A stretch of 64,000 bases of DNA. Origin: Vicugna vicugna (taxonomy: Eukaryota). Location of the stretch: contig MU061542.1 of NCBI GenBank assembly GCA_013265495.1, positions 216,972 to 280,971 of the forward strand, read 5' to 3'. Both the position numbers and the translations under genes were made by a program. Positions 14,439-26,785 of this stretch are shown here, piece by piece (positions within the stretch are counted from its first letter, which is position 1; the number at the start of each line of letters is the position of its first letter). The notes beneath the pieces were generated by a model, which saw only the letters and a program-made list of their open reading frames with translations, had not been told where the DNA came from and did not search any database.

Positions 14439-15642
14439 TGATTTCTAGTTTTATACCATTGTTGTTGGAAAGAGGACTTGATATGATTTAAATTTTAAGA
14501 CTTTTTTATGACCTACTATATGATCTATCCTGGAGAACATTCCACACATACTTGATGAGAAAGTATTCTGTTGCTTTTGAATGAAATGTTCTCCATTTAT
14601 CTGTCAAGTTCATGTAATTGAATGTGCCATTTAAAGCTAATGTTTTCTTGTTAATTCTGTCTGGATGACATAGCCATTGATGCAAGTAGAGTATTAACGT
14701 TTCTTACCATCATTATATTTTATTGATGTCTGTTTCTCCCTTTAGGTCTGTTAATATTTGTTTTATATATTTTGGTGCTCCTATTTTGGGTGCATAAATA
14801 TTTACACCTGTTATATCCTCTTACTTGATTGACCTCTTTATCACTGTGTAATATGCTTCTTTGTCCCTTATTATAATTTCTCTTTTAAAGTCAAATTTAT
14901 CTAATCTAATTATAGCTACCTCTGTTTTCTTTTGGTATTCATTTACATGAAATATATTTTCCCATAAGTGAAGACTTTGTGCATGTCCTTACATCTAAAC
15001 TAATCTTATACAAGCAACATATAAATGAGACCATTTTTTATCCATTCAGCTGCTTGATGTCTTTTGATTAGAGAATTTAGTCCATTTATATTTAAGGTAA
15101 TTCTTTACAGCTGTATGCTCATTTTCATTTTGTTAATTGTTTTCTGTTTGTTTTTGTAGTTCCTTTCTGTTGACTTTTCTTCTCTTGCTCTCTTCTTTGT
15201 GGTCTAATGACTTTATTTAGTGGTATGTTTATATTTTTTTCTTTATCTTTTGTGCATTCACTATAGGTTTTTGTTGTGTGGTTACATGCTTACATATAAC
15301 AACTTATATTTATAACAGTCAGTTTTAAGCTGGTAACTTAATTTTGGTCACATTCTAAAGTTCAACATTTTATTCTCCCTTACCTCAGTTATGTTTGATG
15401 TCACATTTTACAAGTTTTTATCTTGTGTATCTGTAACTAATTATTGCATCATAGCGGTTTTTATTACTTTTGTCTTTTAAACTTTATACTAGGCTTGTAG
15501 TTGATTAATCCTTTAATTTTAATTTTATTTAGACCTTTATGTTATACTTACCTTTCCAGTGAGATTTATTCTTATCTATGTTTTCTTGTTACTAACTAGT
15601 GCTCTTTTTTTCAGCTTAAACCAGTTACTTTAACATTTCTTG
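14439..15642 (-). mobile_element. Antisense L1 fragment (ORF1 end, inter-ORF region and endonuclease domain)
   Basis: ttgatttctagttttataccattg...tctatcctggagaac...tccattcagc...taacatttcttgt is antisense L1 ORF2-EN and ORF1 sequence. Confidence 0.85.
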
Positions 15643-17519
15643 TGATCACACAAACAGTATGAAGTTAAGCAAATTTAAGAACTAGTATTATTTTTTTCCT
15701 CTGTGATTTTTGATGAATATATGGACTTTTTAAGAATAACTGCTACTTAATAAAATATTATTAAGAATGACTTTTAAATGAGTAGTTTGGTGTTCTGTGC
15801 CCTAACTTAGATCATTCCAATGAAAGAGCAATATAGAATATTTGTAGCAGAAGCAAAAATACCTGTTTATAAAGTCTTTGGGGGAAAAAAATCTCTTTGT
15901 TTTTGATTTACACTTAATATCCATGGCTCTACCATGGAGAATAGATTTGAAATTTCTTTTTTAAAAAGACTTTGATTTGAAAGGAAATACATAAAAGGAG
16001 ATTTAATAGAGTAAAATTTAATGAGGAAATACATATTGAAATAATTCCATGTTTTCATTTATGCCTCTAACAGATGCATTCGAGTGATAGGAGTGAAAGC
16101 CTCTGAACACTGTTTTGACATTAAAGAGCAACAGTTTCTACTACAATGCATTAATTTGTTTCCACATTTGCCTTTTTGTTGTTTGTCTCAAATTAAAAAT
16201 GTTGAATGATCTTAAACTTGTGAAAATACTGAATATGCTTTCTCTTACATTTGTAGAGAAAGAGTCTTTTCAACATGAGTGAACATCATTACTGACTGAT
16301 ATTGTGGCCACTTTTAATTTTGTATGCAGTAGCTTTTACATAAACAATTAGGCTTCAATTAAAACTGTCAGAGTTCTTAAATACTTCCATATTAAAGAAA
16401 ATATAGATGATATGCTACCAGATATCTCACCAGCATTCAGTTGTACAACAGCAATTGTTTTATGGTCAATTTAATAGTTCACACAGATGCAAAACTCTTA
16501 TTTAATTGATATATGCATATAGTTAATTACTATCTTTTAGACCTTTCATGACTAAGGGAATGGGATAGTATATTAGTCACATCAATAAGAAAAATTTAAC
16601 TTTGTATTTAAGTATCACTAGAGAAAGAGATCTGTTCATCCTTTACTGTGGAAGTTGCTAATCCTTTGCTTTTCTGTGGCTTTGACAAGTAGGTCATACT
16701 AATAATCAATACTCATGTATTTCCCTTTGTTGGTCTACATATGTCAGTTTCCATTTCCAGAAATAATGGGTTAGGTTATTTAGGAAAATATTTCTTATGA
16801 AAATAACTGGGAAAGTGGGTTAACATGCATTTTAAAAATCTTATTAAAGGTGTCTAGCGATAGTAAGTTGTAAAAAATTATTCAGCCAAGTTTTAAGAAA
16901 CATTAATCTCCCCCCAAAAATAATAATCTGAGAGTTCTTTTGATTGTATGTTCATAATTTTTACTAATCTTCTTTTTTTTTTTTTTTGAAAAACAGAAAG
17001 AGGAAACAGAAGGCCAAAATTAAAGTGACAGGAAGTGGTACTCTAACAGAAGACCAACTACACAGAAAAATAATTTCTCTGAGTTAAACGCATAATATTA
17101 GTGGACAAGTTTTAGTGACAAATAAAAGGCAAGGTTTTAAAAGCTTTTGTAATCTAGAAACAATCAAGCCTTCACTTGACATAAGTACATTTTGGACTGT
17201 TTGTATTTCCAGATGATTGTTCGATGCAAAGTTTAAATCTCTCTGAGAAGAATAACCTCATTCAGGTTTGCACGTTTTTCCACAATTAAAAAAATATGTA
17301 ATATCGTAAACACACAGGTAGCGTATGTTGTTTAACAAGAAAATTTGACTCCATAGAGGAGAACTATTAGCAAAAAGAGACAACTCATGAAAGAAAAGTC
17401 AAACATTAAAAACCCCATAAAAGGGACTATAAAGAAATTTCATGCCTGAATGATTTTGCTGGAACTGCAGGATATAAATGTCAATTATAAAATCTTAGAA
17501 AGTTTTGAATAGTGAAGAC

Positions 17520-17700
17520 AACAAAATTACTTTCAAAGGAACAAGCTGTGTTGAATGACTCCCCTTGAGCAACAATGGAAACCACAAGATAGTGGAATAA
17601 CATCTTTCCTGTGTTAAGATAAATAAATTCCACTCCATAATTCTTAATCCAGTAAAAATATCTTTCAAGTATTAAAGTGACAAAGTCATGTCAGGCCCCA
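17520..17700 (+). mobile_element. Ancient L1M ORF1 C-terminal fragment
   Basis: gcaacaatggaaaccacaagatagtggaataacatcttt...aattcttaatccagtaaaaatatctttcaag resembles T(M)EARRQWNNIF...RILYPAKISFK. Confidence 0.6.
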
Positions 17701-17928
17701 AATTAAAAAAAAATCAGACATTAATTTTTTTAATTGCAATTAAATTTCCGATGGATAAATAATATCACTAAGTATAAATATGCTAATTGTTTTAACTAAA
17801 ATAAAGTGATTGTCAATATATACATATGCACATGCATACATACACACACAATGGAAAACTTGAGTTAAGAGATAGAAGATGATTTACACAAAAAGTAGTG
17901 AAAGAAAAGGAAAACCATTGTAGCTATA

Positions 17929-18330
17929 TATAGCGGACATAGAGATTTTTGATGCCCCAACCCTCTCCAAGGGAACTGTTGTCTTGGTTGCTGAGAATGT
18001 TATCAGCCTACTGTCTAATTCTTAGTAACTTCAAGGATTGCTTCAGTTGTACAGTGTTACCTTATCCAACATCATGCCCTCCTTCCTGGAACAAACACAC
18101 CAGGTAACTGATTAAGACAGAAATATTAAATTCCAGGCAATTTGGCACAAATTGAGTCATTTCAGCTCAAGGGTACCTTTGGGGTTGCCTGAGAATAGCA
18201 GGTCTATATCATTGCTCAAACTCCTGATCAGTCTGGTTCACCCATCCCCTTCCATAGGAAATTTCTTCTAGATGTTGTAAGTATGATAAAACTGTATGTA
18301 ACCAACAACATGCAATCTAGAACCTAGGAG
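17929..18330 (+). mobile_element. ERVL solo LTR, LTR16A-like
   Basis: Start tatagcggacat and the motifs gctgagaatgtt, catcatgccctccttcctgg and catttcagctc...ggggttgcctgag match my recall of the LTR16A consensus. Confidence 0.55.
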
Positions 18331-19105
18331 GAGGTAGAGCCATTGTATCAAAACACTGACCAAACTCCAAAAAGAGACAGAAGACTCTTCAAAGTGGGAG
18401 GTTTTAACTAACTGTGCCATGCTCATCTAAATATTTAAATTTCACACAAATCTTTCAGAATAGAAAAAGAAGAAACACTATTTAAGTGATTTTCTTTGGC
18501 TAAAAATGGAATTAAACTAGAAATAAGAGAAAGAAAATCCAGTGGTATGTGAAAATTGAGTAGCACACTTAAATAACTTGTGTATCAAAGAGGCAAGAAA
18601 ATCATTAACATAAAAATCAAGATAATGATTATCTCAGTGACATCAAGAGAGTGTGGATGTGATGAGGAAGATACACAGTTGAATCTTATGAATTTTTGTC
18701 AAAACTATTTCTTAATTGAGCCAGCAGTTATATTAGTTTTTATTTCCTAAATATTCACCATATTCTACATCATTTCTGTATATGTGTTATATATACTATA
18801 TCAGAAAATACTAGGATTTAAGGAATGTATAATAAAAACATAAAAAATATTAAATTACAAATAAAAAATAATAGTAATTACCCTCATGTAACTTGAGAAA
18901 TTAAAGAATTTATTTCTCTAAAATAGAGAAAGAACTGGAAAGGGCAGTGAACTAATTTTCACATAGGAATTTGCCATTCCATAGAAATGGATGCAAAAAG
19001 CTACAATTTTATAAGCACAAGTAATATCTGAGCTATTCTGAAAAGTTTATCCGCAACCTAGCCTTGCTTCCTGGAGTTTCCAAAAAGCTCAGCTAATTGG
19101 CTAGC

Positions 19106-19185
19106 TAGTAGAAGTTACTAGAGGTTAGTAGAAGTTACTAGAGGTTAGTAGAAGTTACTAGAGGTTACTAGAAGTTACTAGAAGT
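19106..19185. repeat. Minisatellite, 10-bp unit GA(A/G)GTTA(C/G)TA, about 8 copies
   Basis: gaagttacta gaggttagta gaagttacta gaggttagta gaagttacta gaggttacta gaagttacta. Confidence 0.95.
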
Positions 19186-21285
19186 ACTTTCAGGCATGCA
19201 GCTCATTACATACCATCTTGACACAAAGCAACCAACCTAGGAAATTATAAGTTGCCAAAAACTTTGTTATTTTAGTTCAGACTACTGTTCACTGCCATTT
19301 TAATCTACCCTTAGTTAAGTAAAATTTATTAAGCCTTTCAACTTTACTTATGTAAGATATTTTAAAACAATAATTTCTTAATTTACTTGAAGAGTAAGGT
19401 TTTAAAGAATTCAAAGCTACCATACCATCTTTAACAGAGCTTCCTAGCATAGATATTTATTATAAATTCACTATAACATTCTATTAGTGAAGGGCCAAAA
19501 CACCAAATTTTATATTCAATAAAAAGAATTTAAGTGTAAAACTTGCTTATTTTAATTAAAAATCATTTTGAGCTTTATTTTTGTTAAAACATTTATGTCA
19601 GATTCTTCTGTTTAAATGACTTTATAATTATTATAGTTAACATTAAATTAAATGTTAACATTGGGCAAATATTAAATGACAAAATAACTTCACTCTAAAA
19701 TTTCTAACAATGTCTTCAAAATTATAGGCTTCCATATTTTCTCCTAGACTATATGATACTATCATCTCTGGGGGAAGTCAGGGGAGTTTATATATATATA
19801 GTATATATTTTAAATTTGAGATTGACAGAAATGTATTTGTGAATTTTAACAAGATTATCAGGATATATAAATCCATGGGATAATTGCTTATCTTTCACTG
19901 ACAAAATTTTCTTGGAGAAATACACAACAAACAGTTAAAATTAACAAAGTAAAGTGCTATTGTTTGCACTGTGGGTGGATTTAGCAGTAAGTGAAATCTT
20001 CAGACAACTTCAAAAAGGACTAAAATATCTAGTCACTGCAGGATAGTATAGGCTATCATGATTGCTTCATGTTAAAGGAATTATAAGCAAAAGGGCTGGG
20101 AGAAAACAATATTTTTGAGAGAATTTGACAGGCACCCCATGAAGGAGCACATGTACATTACTTTATAACTGTCAGATGCCAGCCAGGTCAGTTTCTTTAT
20201 CAGGAAAAGAAAAATCATGTTGATAAACTGAGAACAGTTTTCTGAAACATGATGATAGATTCTATTTTTGTGAATATATTGTCAGTGGTGCATATACTGC
20301 TCTAGATTCTTTACTGGCAGGATAATAACTGATTAAAATGAACGTTTCAATCAGAGGAAATTCCTGTACATTCTCCAGAATATAATTGCATTGTTTCAGT
20401 TTGTCTATGGCAGGGAGCTCTAGAACATTTAAAGTTATAAAACATACATATTAGCGGTTACTGGGACATAATAATTACTTAAAAAGGAGATTGGTAAGTG
20501 ATATTATGAGTTATTTCCAGATAAAGTCTCTATGGAACAAACAATGTATATATTCTATGCCACTAAAAAAAACCTAAACATTAAAAGTATTCTATGATTT
20601 TAGTACTTTTAAGAAAAAACAAAACAAAACACCTGTCATTATCTAGGATTCCTTTGCATCTCATAGCAAGCATTTACCTTATTCATTGTAAGATAATAAG
20701 TCAAAAATAGGCAAAATTTTTAAAAATTATATAAGCATAAAAAACCTTTGTGATTTATAGCAATAAGGCATAAGAAAACAAGTGATTTATAGGCAGTATA
20801 TCTATAAGGCTAAAATGTTGATCATGTATAGTTTACCCATGGTTTCATAAAAGTGAGACAATGGAGTAAGAGGGATAATTGGATAGATTATTTTTAAGTA
20901 GTCTACAAATGGTAGCTTAAGTATACTACTGTCATGAAAGTCAGCTAGACACTGAAGAATGAAATTTTGGAATTATTCTTAACTTTGGTGGGTTTTTAAA
21001 GAGTCTCATTTTATCATTTTTGTGGGGAAATGGAAGGTTGAAACTCACTTGTCAATTTGATGTTGCCTCACAGGAAAGCTGTTTGATTTCAAGAGTAAGT
21101 TGAAGAAAGATGTTGGACTTCTTTTATAGGCTGCTTCATAGACTAAATCCCAGGAGCTGAAGTTCTCAATTACAATTAAATTTATCTCAAGCTCTGCCAA
21201 TGACAAAGCAAATCTATTTACATGTCCTGCGTTAAGGATACATTTTGTAAGGTACAGTGGTAATTATACAATACAAAATGGTAGT

Positions 21286-21304
21286 GTATGTGTGTATATA
21301 TGTT

Positions 21305-21347
<43 letters not shown>

Positions 21348-21348
21348 T
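21286..21348. repeat. (TG)n(TA)n compound microsatellite
   Basis: Seen directly. Confidence 0.95.
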
Positions 21349-21961
21349 TAATTAAATATTTGTAACCTCTAATCACTCCATTTCACAATTCACAGTATCA
21401 TTGGAGATCTTCTCTGATAATTTTTGGTTTGTTTTTGATGATATAGCTTAAGTGACTTGCCTCATTCTCAGGATTGCAAACATGTTTAGCTAAAATTTGC
21501 ATTATGATGTAAAAAAGTAGCAACCTAACTAAAATTAAACTTTTTGTCCCTTAAATATCATCCAAGTCTTGAAGTCTATTGTACCAGAAATTAACATGGA
21601 CACATAGATTAATCAAACATTGGGTCACTATGCTTTTACTACCAATGTGATTTTTGTGTGTAGATTTTAGTGCAGAAGCTATTATTATTTCTTAATATTT
21701 GGAGAGTCAGTAGAACTGCTTTATCTATGAATGAAGTAGGCAAACATTATTCCTTACATGATAACATTTAGATAATACTAGGTAGATAATCTTGCCTCCA
21801 TATCCTTTGGTAATGATTGTGTGCTAAATGAAAAAGTTGTCATTTTAACAACTGATTTAAGAACAATTACTACAAATGTAATTTTATGTGATAAAATATA
21901 ACTTTCTGAGTAAACAATTAGCAGAATAATTTGCTAAAAGGCAACTACTATTCCTGGTTTT

Positions 21962-22012
21962 TGTGTGTGTGTGTGTGTGTTTGTGTGTGTTTTTGTGTGT
22001 GTGTGTGTGTGT
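21962..22012. repeat. Interrupted (TG)n microsatellite
   Basis: Seen directly. Confidence 0.95.
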
Positions 22013-22509
22013 ATGTCTTTGCTTTTGGCTAAATATAAGACTCTTAGAAAGAAGAGAATAACCAGAAAAATACAAATATGTTTGTGGGAAAGGTAGTATA
22101 GATGTAAGTTTTAAGAATAGTTGTTATTGGTGAGCTCATTGCAACCTGGCATTAGCCTGAGTACAACTAGATAACTGAGGGTAGACAGACAAAACTAAAT
22201 ATAGAGAAAAGAAAAATAATTTAAAGAAAACATGGCTTATTTCAGTTTTACATTCCATAAAAAGGGTGGCTCAGTAGCTCAAAGATGATTGGTAACTGAA
22301 AAACAAAAGTTTTATATTTATAAACTTTTATTTTCAGAAATCATCAAAAATGCAAATTAAGTCCATTTTATAGTATAATTTTTTATCTTTGAAATTAATG
22401 ATTGTTAAAAAGTATAATAAACATGTGAAGAATGCCTAGGAAATTTTTTCATTAAGAATTTTCTGATAAGGAAGGGTTCAATACATGTTCTGGAATATAA
22501 ACTGGTAAT

Positions 22510-22765
22510 ATGTATGCAATTAATAAAGTGCTTAAAATCCCACACTTTAGAGGTAGGTAGTTTTGGTTTAAAACAATTTCAACTCTGTCATATACTCTTC
22601 TATGCTCTTGGATAAATAATTGAACTTCTGTTTGTCTCAATTTTTTCATATAAGGGATGAAAATAGTATTAGTACTACAGCACCTCATAGGGACATTGTG
22701 AAATTAAACATGTTAGTTTGCATAAGTTCTTAGAATAATATCTGCCTCATACACTCAACAAAGGT
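22510..22765 (+). mobile_element. MIR SINE
   Basis: MIR core and tail: tctgtttgtctcaattttttcatat...cacctcatagggacattgtgaaattaaacatg...ttcttagaata. Confidence 0.7.
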
Positions 22766-22799
22766 GATATAATATTGATAAAGTTTAAAATGTTTATAT

Positions 22800-23175
22800 T
22801 CAAAAATTCCATTCTGTGGACTTGCTTTTCCAAGAAAGTTTTCAGAGAAAATTACAAAATTATATGAAGAATGCTGTTTTGAATAGTATTTTTAGAGTCT
22901 AAACTCCTGAAACAGCAGAAACATTCAGCAATAGGGAATTGACTAAGCAGTTGTGTCTACGGAGCAATTTCAGATACTTTGTAGAACAATTTTTTTCAAT
23001 AACACAGTACTGTATTTTTATAAAATGACGTAAAGAGAATGCACAGAAAAAGACATATTTAGTTAATATTGGTTAATATTTGGTTAATATTATATCACAA
23101 CAAAAATGGAAACAAATGCACCAAAATATGAAGAGTAGTTATCTCTGGGTGGTAGATTACGGGTGCGTTTTCATC
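22800..23175 (+). mobile_element. Ancient L1ME-type 3' fragment
   Basis: aattccattctgtgga..., cagcaatagggaattgactaag and caccaaaatatgaagagtagttatctctgggtggtagattacgggtg. Confidence 0.6.
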
Positions 23176-23218
23176 ACATGAATGTCCATATGTAGTAGCA
23201 CTCTTCTTTGTTTCTATG

Positions 23219-23658
23219 TGTTATAGGTTGAATTGTGTCCCCTCAAATTTATATGTTGAAGTTCCTAACCCCCAGTACCTCAGAATGTGATCTTATTTGG
23301 AAAAAGAGTTCTACAGATCTAATTAGTTAATAAAAATTTATACTTTGATTAAGTAGTTGGGGCCCTAACCCAGTATGACTGGGGTCCTTATAAAAAGGGA
23401 AAATTGGGGGACAGAAATACATACAAGGAGAATGCCAAGTGAAGATGAAAGCAGAGATCAGGGTACCAAGGATCACCAAGAATTGCCAACAAATTGCCAG
23501 AAGGTTAGGAACATAGTCCCCTTACAGGCCTCAGAAGGAACCAACCACACCAAGATATTATCATAAACTTCTAGTGTCCAGAAGTATGAGATAAAATCTG
23601 CTGTTTAAGTCATCCAGTATGTGACACTTTTATATGACAACTGTATGACATAAAATAC
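23219..23658 (+). mobile_element. MaLR solo LTR (MLT1B/C-like)
   Basis: TGTTATAGGTTGAATTGTGTCCCC...CCCCAGTACCTCAGAATGTGA...CCTCAGAAGGAACCAACC...GTTTAAGTCATCCAG. Confidence 0.9.
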
Positions 23659-24321
23659 TGTATTTTTTAATTTTCTGTACCAATTTTGCTTCTTTGTAAC
23701 TGAAAATGAAACACACCTGCTATATTTATGAATGTCGGCAATTATAAAAAGAACATTCAACGCTCTGAAAAAGTCTATCTTCCTTTCAATTGTATTGACG
23801 CTGAAGCTGAAAATAGAATTACTCTATATGACAAATAAGGGAACGTCATGTCCCAATCACAATTTTTTGTAATACTCTACTATATTTGCTAATACTATTT
23901 CCTTGAGCCACCTGTAGAGATTGAGCACTTGTTAATGTATACAGTACTATTGAAAAAACAAAATTTTATTTTAAGTAATATAAATTAAAATTTAAAAAAT
24001 ATTGTTATAAAATAATTACCTGTTAAGTAAGTTTATTGTTTTCATAGGACTGCATTTGACTTTAACCATCGTAATGTGCATTTTTGCTTATTTTATTGTG
24101 CATGTCAGAGCACATGTATTATTTTTACTGTTAAACACAAACACATTGCTGATCTAGGTGCTGTCAAAGTGAATTAATATAGAATTAATTTTTGTACACG
24201 TTACTGTAACATTTTAATAAATTTATTAGTAAATTATATGTAGGCAATATGATTTACAATGATACCTATACAAATGATGACTTTAAACTAAATTGAAATA
24301 TTTTTGTTTTATTTATAATAT

Positions 24322-25381
24322 ATATTGGTTTCATATTGCTGCTGTTACAAATTACCACAAACTTTGGTGCTTAGAAAAACACAAATTTATTATTTTATAG
24401 CTCTGGAGTCCAGAAGTTCAAAATGGGTCTCACTAGCTGCAGTCAAGCCTGTGCTGCATTCTTTTTGGGGTCTTTAGAGGGTGGTTAATTTCCTCATTCA
24501 TTTTAGCTTCAAGAGGGTACCGGCATCCTTTGGCTAATGACTCTATTTCTCCATCTTCAAAGCCAACAACTGTAGGTTTAGTCCATCTCCTGCAACTATT
24601 TCTCTGGTTCTTTCTATTCTGCCTCCCTCTTCCACTTATATGAACACCTGTGATTAATTGGTCCTACCCAGATGGTGCAGAGTAATCATCCCATCTCAAG
24701 CTTGATTCTATATGCAATCTTAATTCTCTATTACCATGTGTACAAGCAAAGGTTCATTTAGCTTGGGTTGTGCATACACTGAACATTAACAAGAAACTTC
24801 CATTTTTTGGAATGCCCCTTGGCCAGCTCCTAGTGATCCCTAATCCCAAGGAGAGTTCAACCTGATGTGAATGTTTTTGTATTCATGAGGCTTTGGATCA
24901 CACTGTACCAGTTTGATTTGTTTACAATAACAGTATGTTTTATGGTGGTTGCCAGATTTAAATCTGGGAATGTGGAGTCTGAGTTGATGGGGTCAGTCAT
25001 GCTAGCACTGCACGCTTATGTGAGTGATCTTCCCAATAAAAACCTTGAAAACAAAGCTTCAGTTGAACTTCCCTTATGGATAACACTTAAAATTATGTTG
25101 TCACTCATCATTGCTGGGAGAATAAAATGTGTCCTGTGGGACTCCATTGTTAGATGACAGCTGAAACATTGTGTTTTGTTTCTCCTAAACTTTGCCCCAT
25201 GTACCTTTCCGTTAGCTTATTTTAACTTGTATCCTTTCAATGTAACAGACTGTGATCAAGAGTATAACAGTATCTGAGTGTGTGAGTTCTAGTAGCAAAT
25301 CATTTTGGGACCCCCAAGTACAGTACCTTGTATTGTCACAGATTAACCCATGTTTGGTGGATGATTATTTTGCCTACAGCA
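24322..25381 (-). mobile_element. MaLR LTR (MLT1D/E-like), split by an ERVL LTR at 24739-25322
   Basis: attgctgctgttacaaattaccacaaact...ctccatcttcaaagccaaca...cccatctcaag. It resumes after 25322 and ends in attattttgcctacagca. Confidence 0.8.
24739..25322 (+). mobile_element. ERVL solo LTR (MER77/MER68/MER21 group)
   Basis: TG...CA termini (tgtacaagc...aagtaca) and the motifs cccaataaaaacctt, gttgtcactcatcattgctgggagaat, gtcctgtgggactcca and ttgggacccc. Confidence 0.8.
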
Positions 25382-26399
25382 TCATAGAGTTGAGTATCTT
25401 TTTTTTTTTAGTTTATAAATTGAGTACGAACATTTTTACATTAAAACAAAGGCATACTTCTGATGTACAATCAAATGAAGATGTGAACTCATATTACTGT
25501 AGCCATTCCAATAAAAATGAAGGGGAAGGGTAGTGGGGAAAGGGGAAGGAGAGATGGGAATGCACAACTTGCTGCTATTAAGCATTATGTAAAATCTGTA
25601 TTTTTGTGTAAAACTTTAAGGATATAAAGCAGACAATATTAAATGTTATTACTAATAAGGCATAATAAATTTAATAAGGAGAGTGAGAAAAGACAGTGAT
25701 TCACAGAGGCAAAATGTAGCTTTCGTGACTCTTTAATATGTATTAAAAATAGAATGTGAGACCAGAAATATTGATCATTTGGAATTTGTTCTAAGTGTTT
25801 CACAACTACCTTGGGAAATACGGAATTTAGTATGAATGTCTAGCCATGAGAATATATGTTTGTGTCTCCTTTTTAACATAACATTTCCTTTTATTATGTG
25901 AGAAACAATAATTCTCTTTTTAGCTATTATTTCAGTGCAGTTAACCTCCTTCTTTGAGACACTAAACATTGTTTAACCTTTTAAATTTCCTACGTCAAAT
26001 GTTAGGAAAGTAATATGGAAAGAAGGTTATTCCCATGGTTTGTAAACATCAACTTGACTCTATCCTTAAAGAAAAAGTTCTTTTTTTCTACTAAGAAATC
26101 ATTTTAGGAGTAAATTTTAAAAAATAATAATTAATAAGGAAAACTGTTAACAATTTGTACTCAGCCAAATCTAATTCTTAACAAGAGATGGGATTATCAT
26201 GTAGCATCTTAGAGCACAAAACATGTTAATGTGAACTATCAAAGTCCTGCAGAAGTTCTCATTAATAATACTAATATATGTATTTTATTTTCTATTTCCT
26301 TGCCTCTTTCTTATTTTCTCACTAGTTTTGTATTCCCTAATAGTCATTAGGTTTCAGTCAGTCTGTTCTCTAATCTATCTAATCACCCTTGTTTTACCC

Positions 26400-26785
26400 C
26401 AATCACACATACATTTCTGCAGTACAGTCTGCATATAGAATGGATGATATGGTTTAGATGCCAGTCATTATTGTTTCTTAATATTTTTACACACTAGATT
26501 TCCCCTTGGATGATCTTTCCCCTTCTTCTTCTTCAAAACTCAACTTAAACATCATTTCTTTCAGAACGTTTTTATGAATCACATAACTAGTATTCTTTCT
26601 ATGCTTTGCCATCTTCAGATTATCATGTAGTTCTTAATATAGCATTTGCACATCTCTCACATGACAAAGTAAATATTTGAGAGCATGTGTTATGTCTTAC
26701 CGGAATTCTTTGTTCCTAGAGCTTAGTTTAGTGTCTGGTAAATATTAGCTGCTTAATATATATTTGATAAATGCTTAATAAATGC
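26400..26785 (+). mobile_element. L2 3' end
   Basis: caaaactcaacttaaacatcatttc...cctagagcttagtttagtgtctggtaaatattagctgcttaatatatatttgataaatg. Confidence 0.7.

Noticed and set aside
19106..19185. Tandem array as a CRISPR or telomeric repeat
   Set aside because: There are no unique spacers and no TTAGGG units, and the context is mammalian.
20400..20499. Exon-like segment tgtttcag|...|gtaagt
   Set aside because: Stops occur in all three frames, and nothing else supports a non-coding exon.
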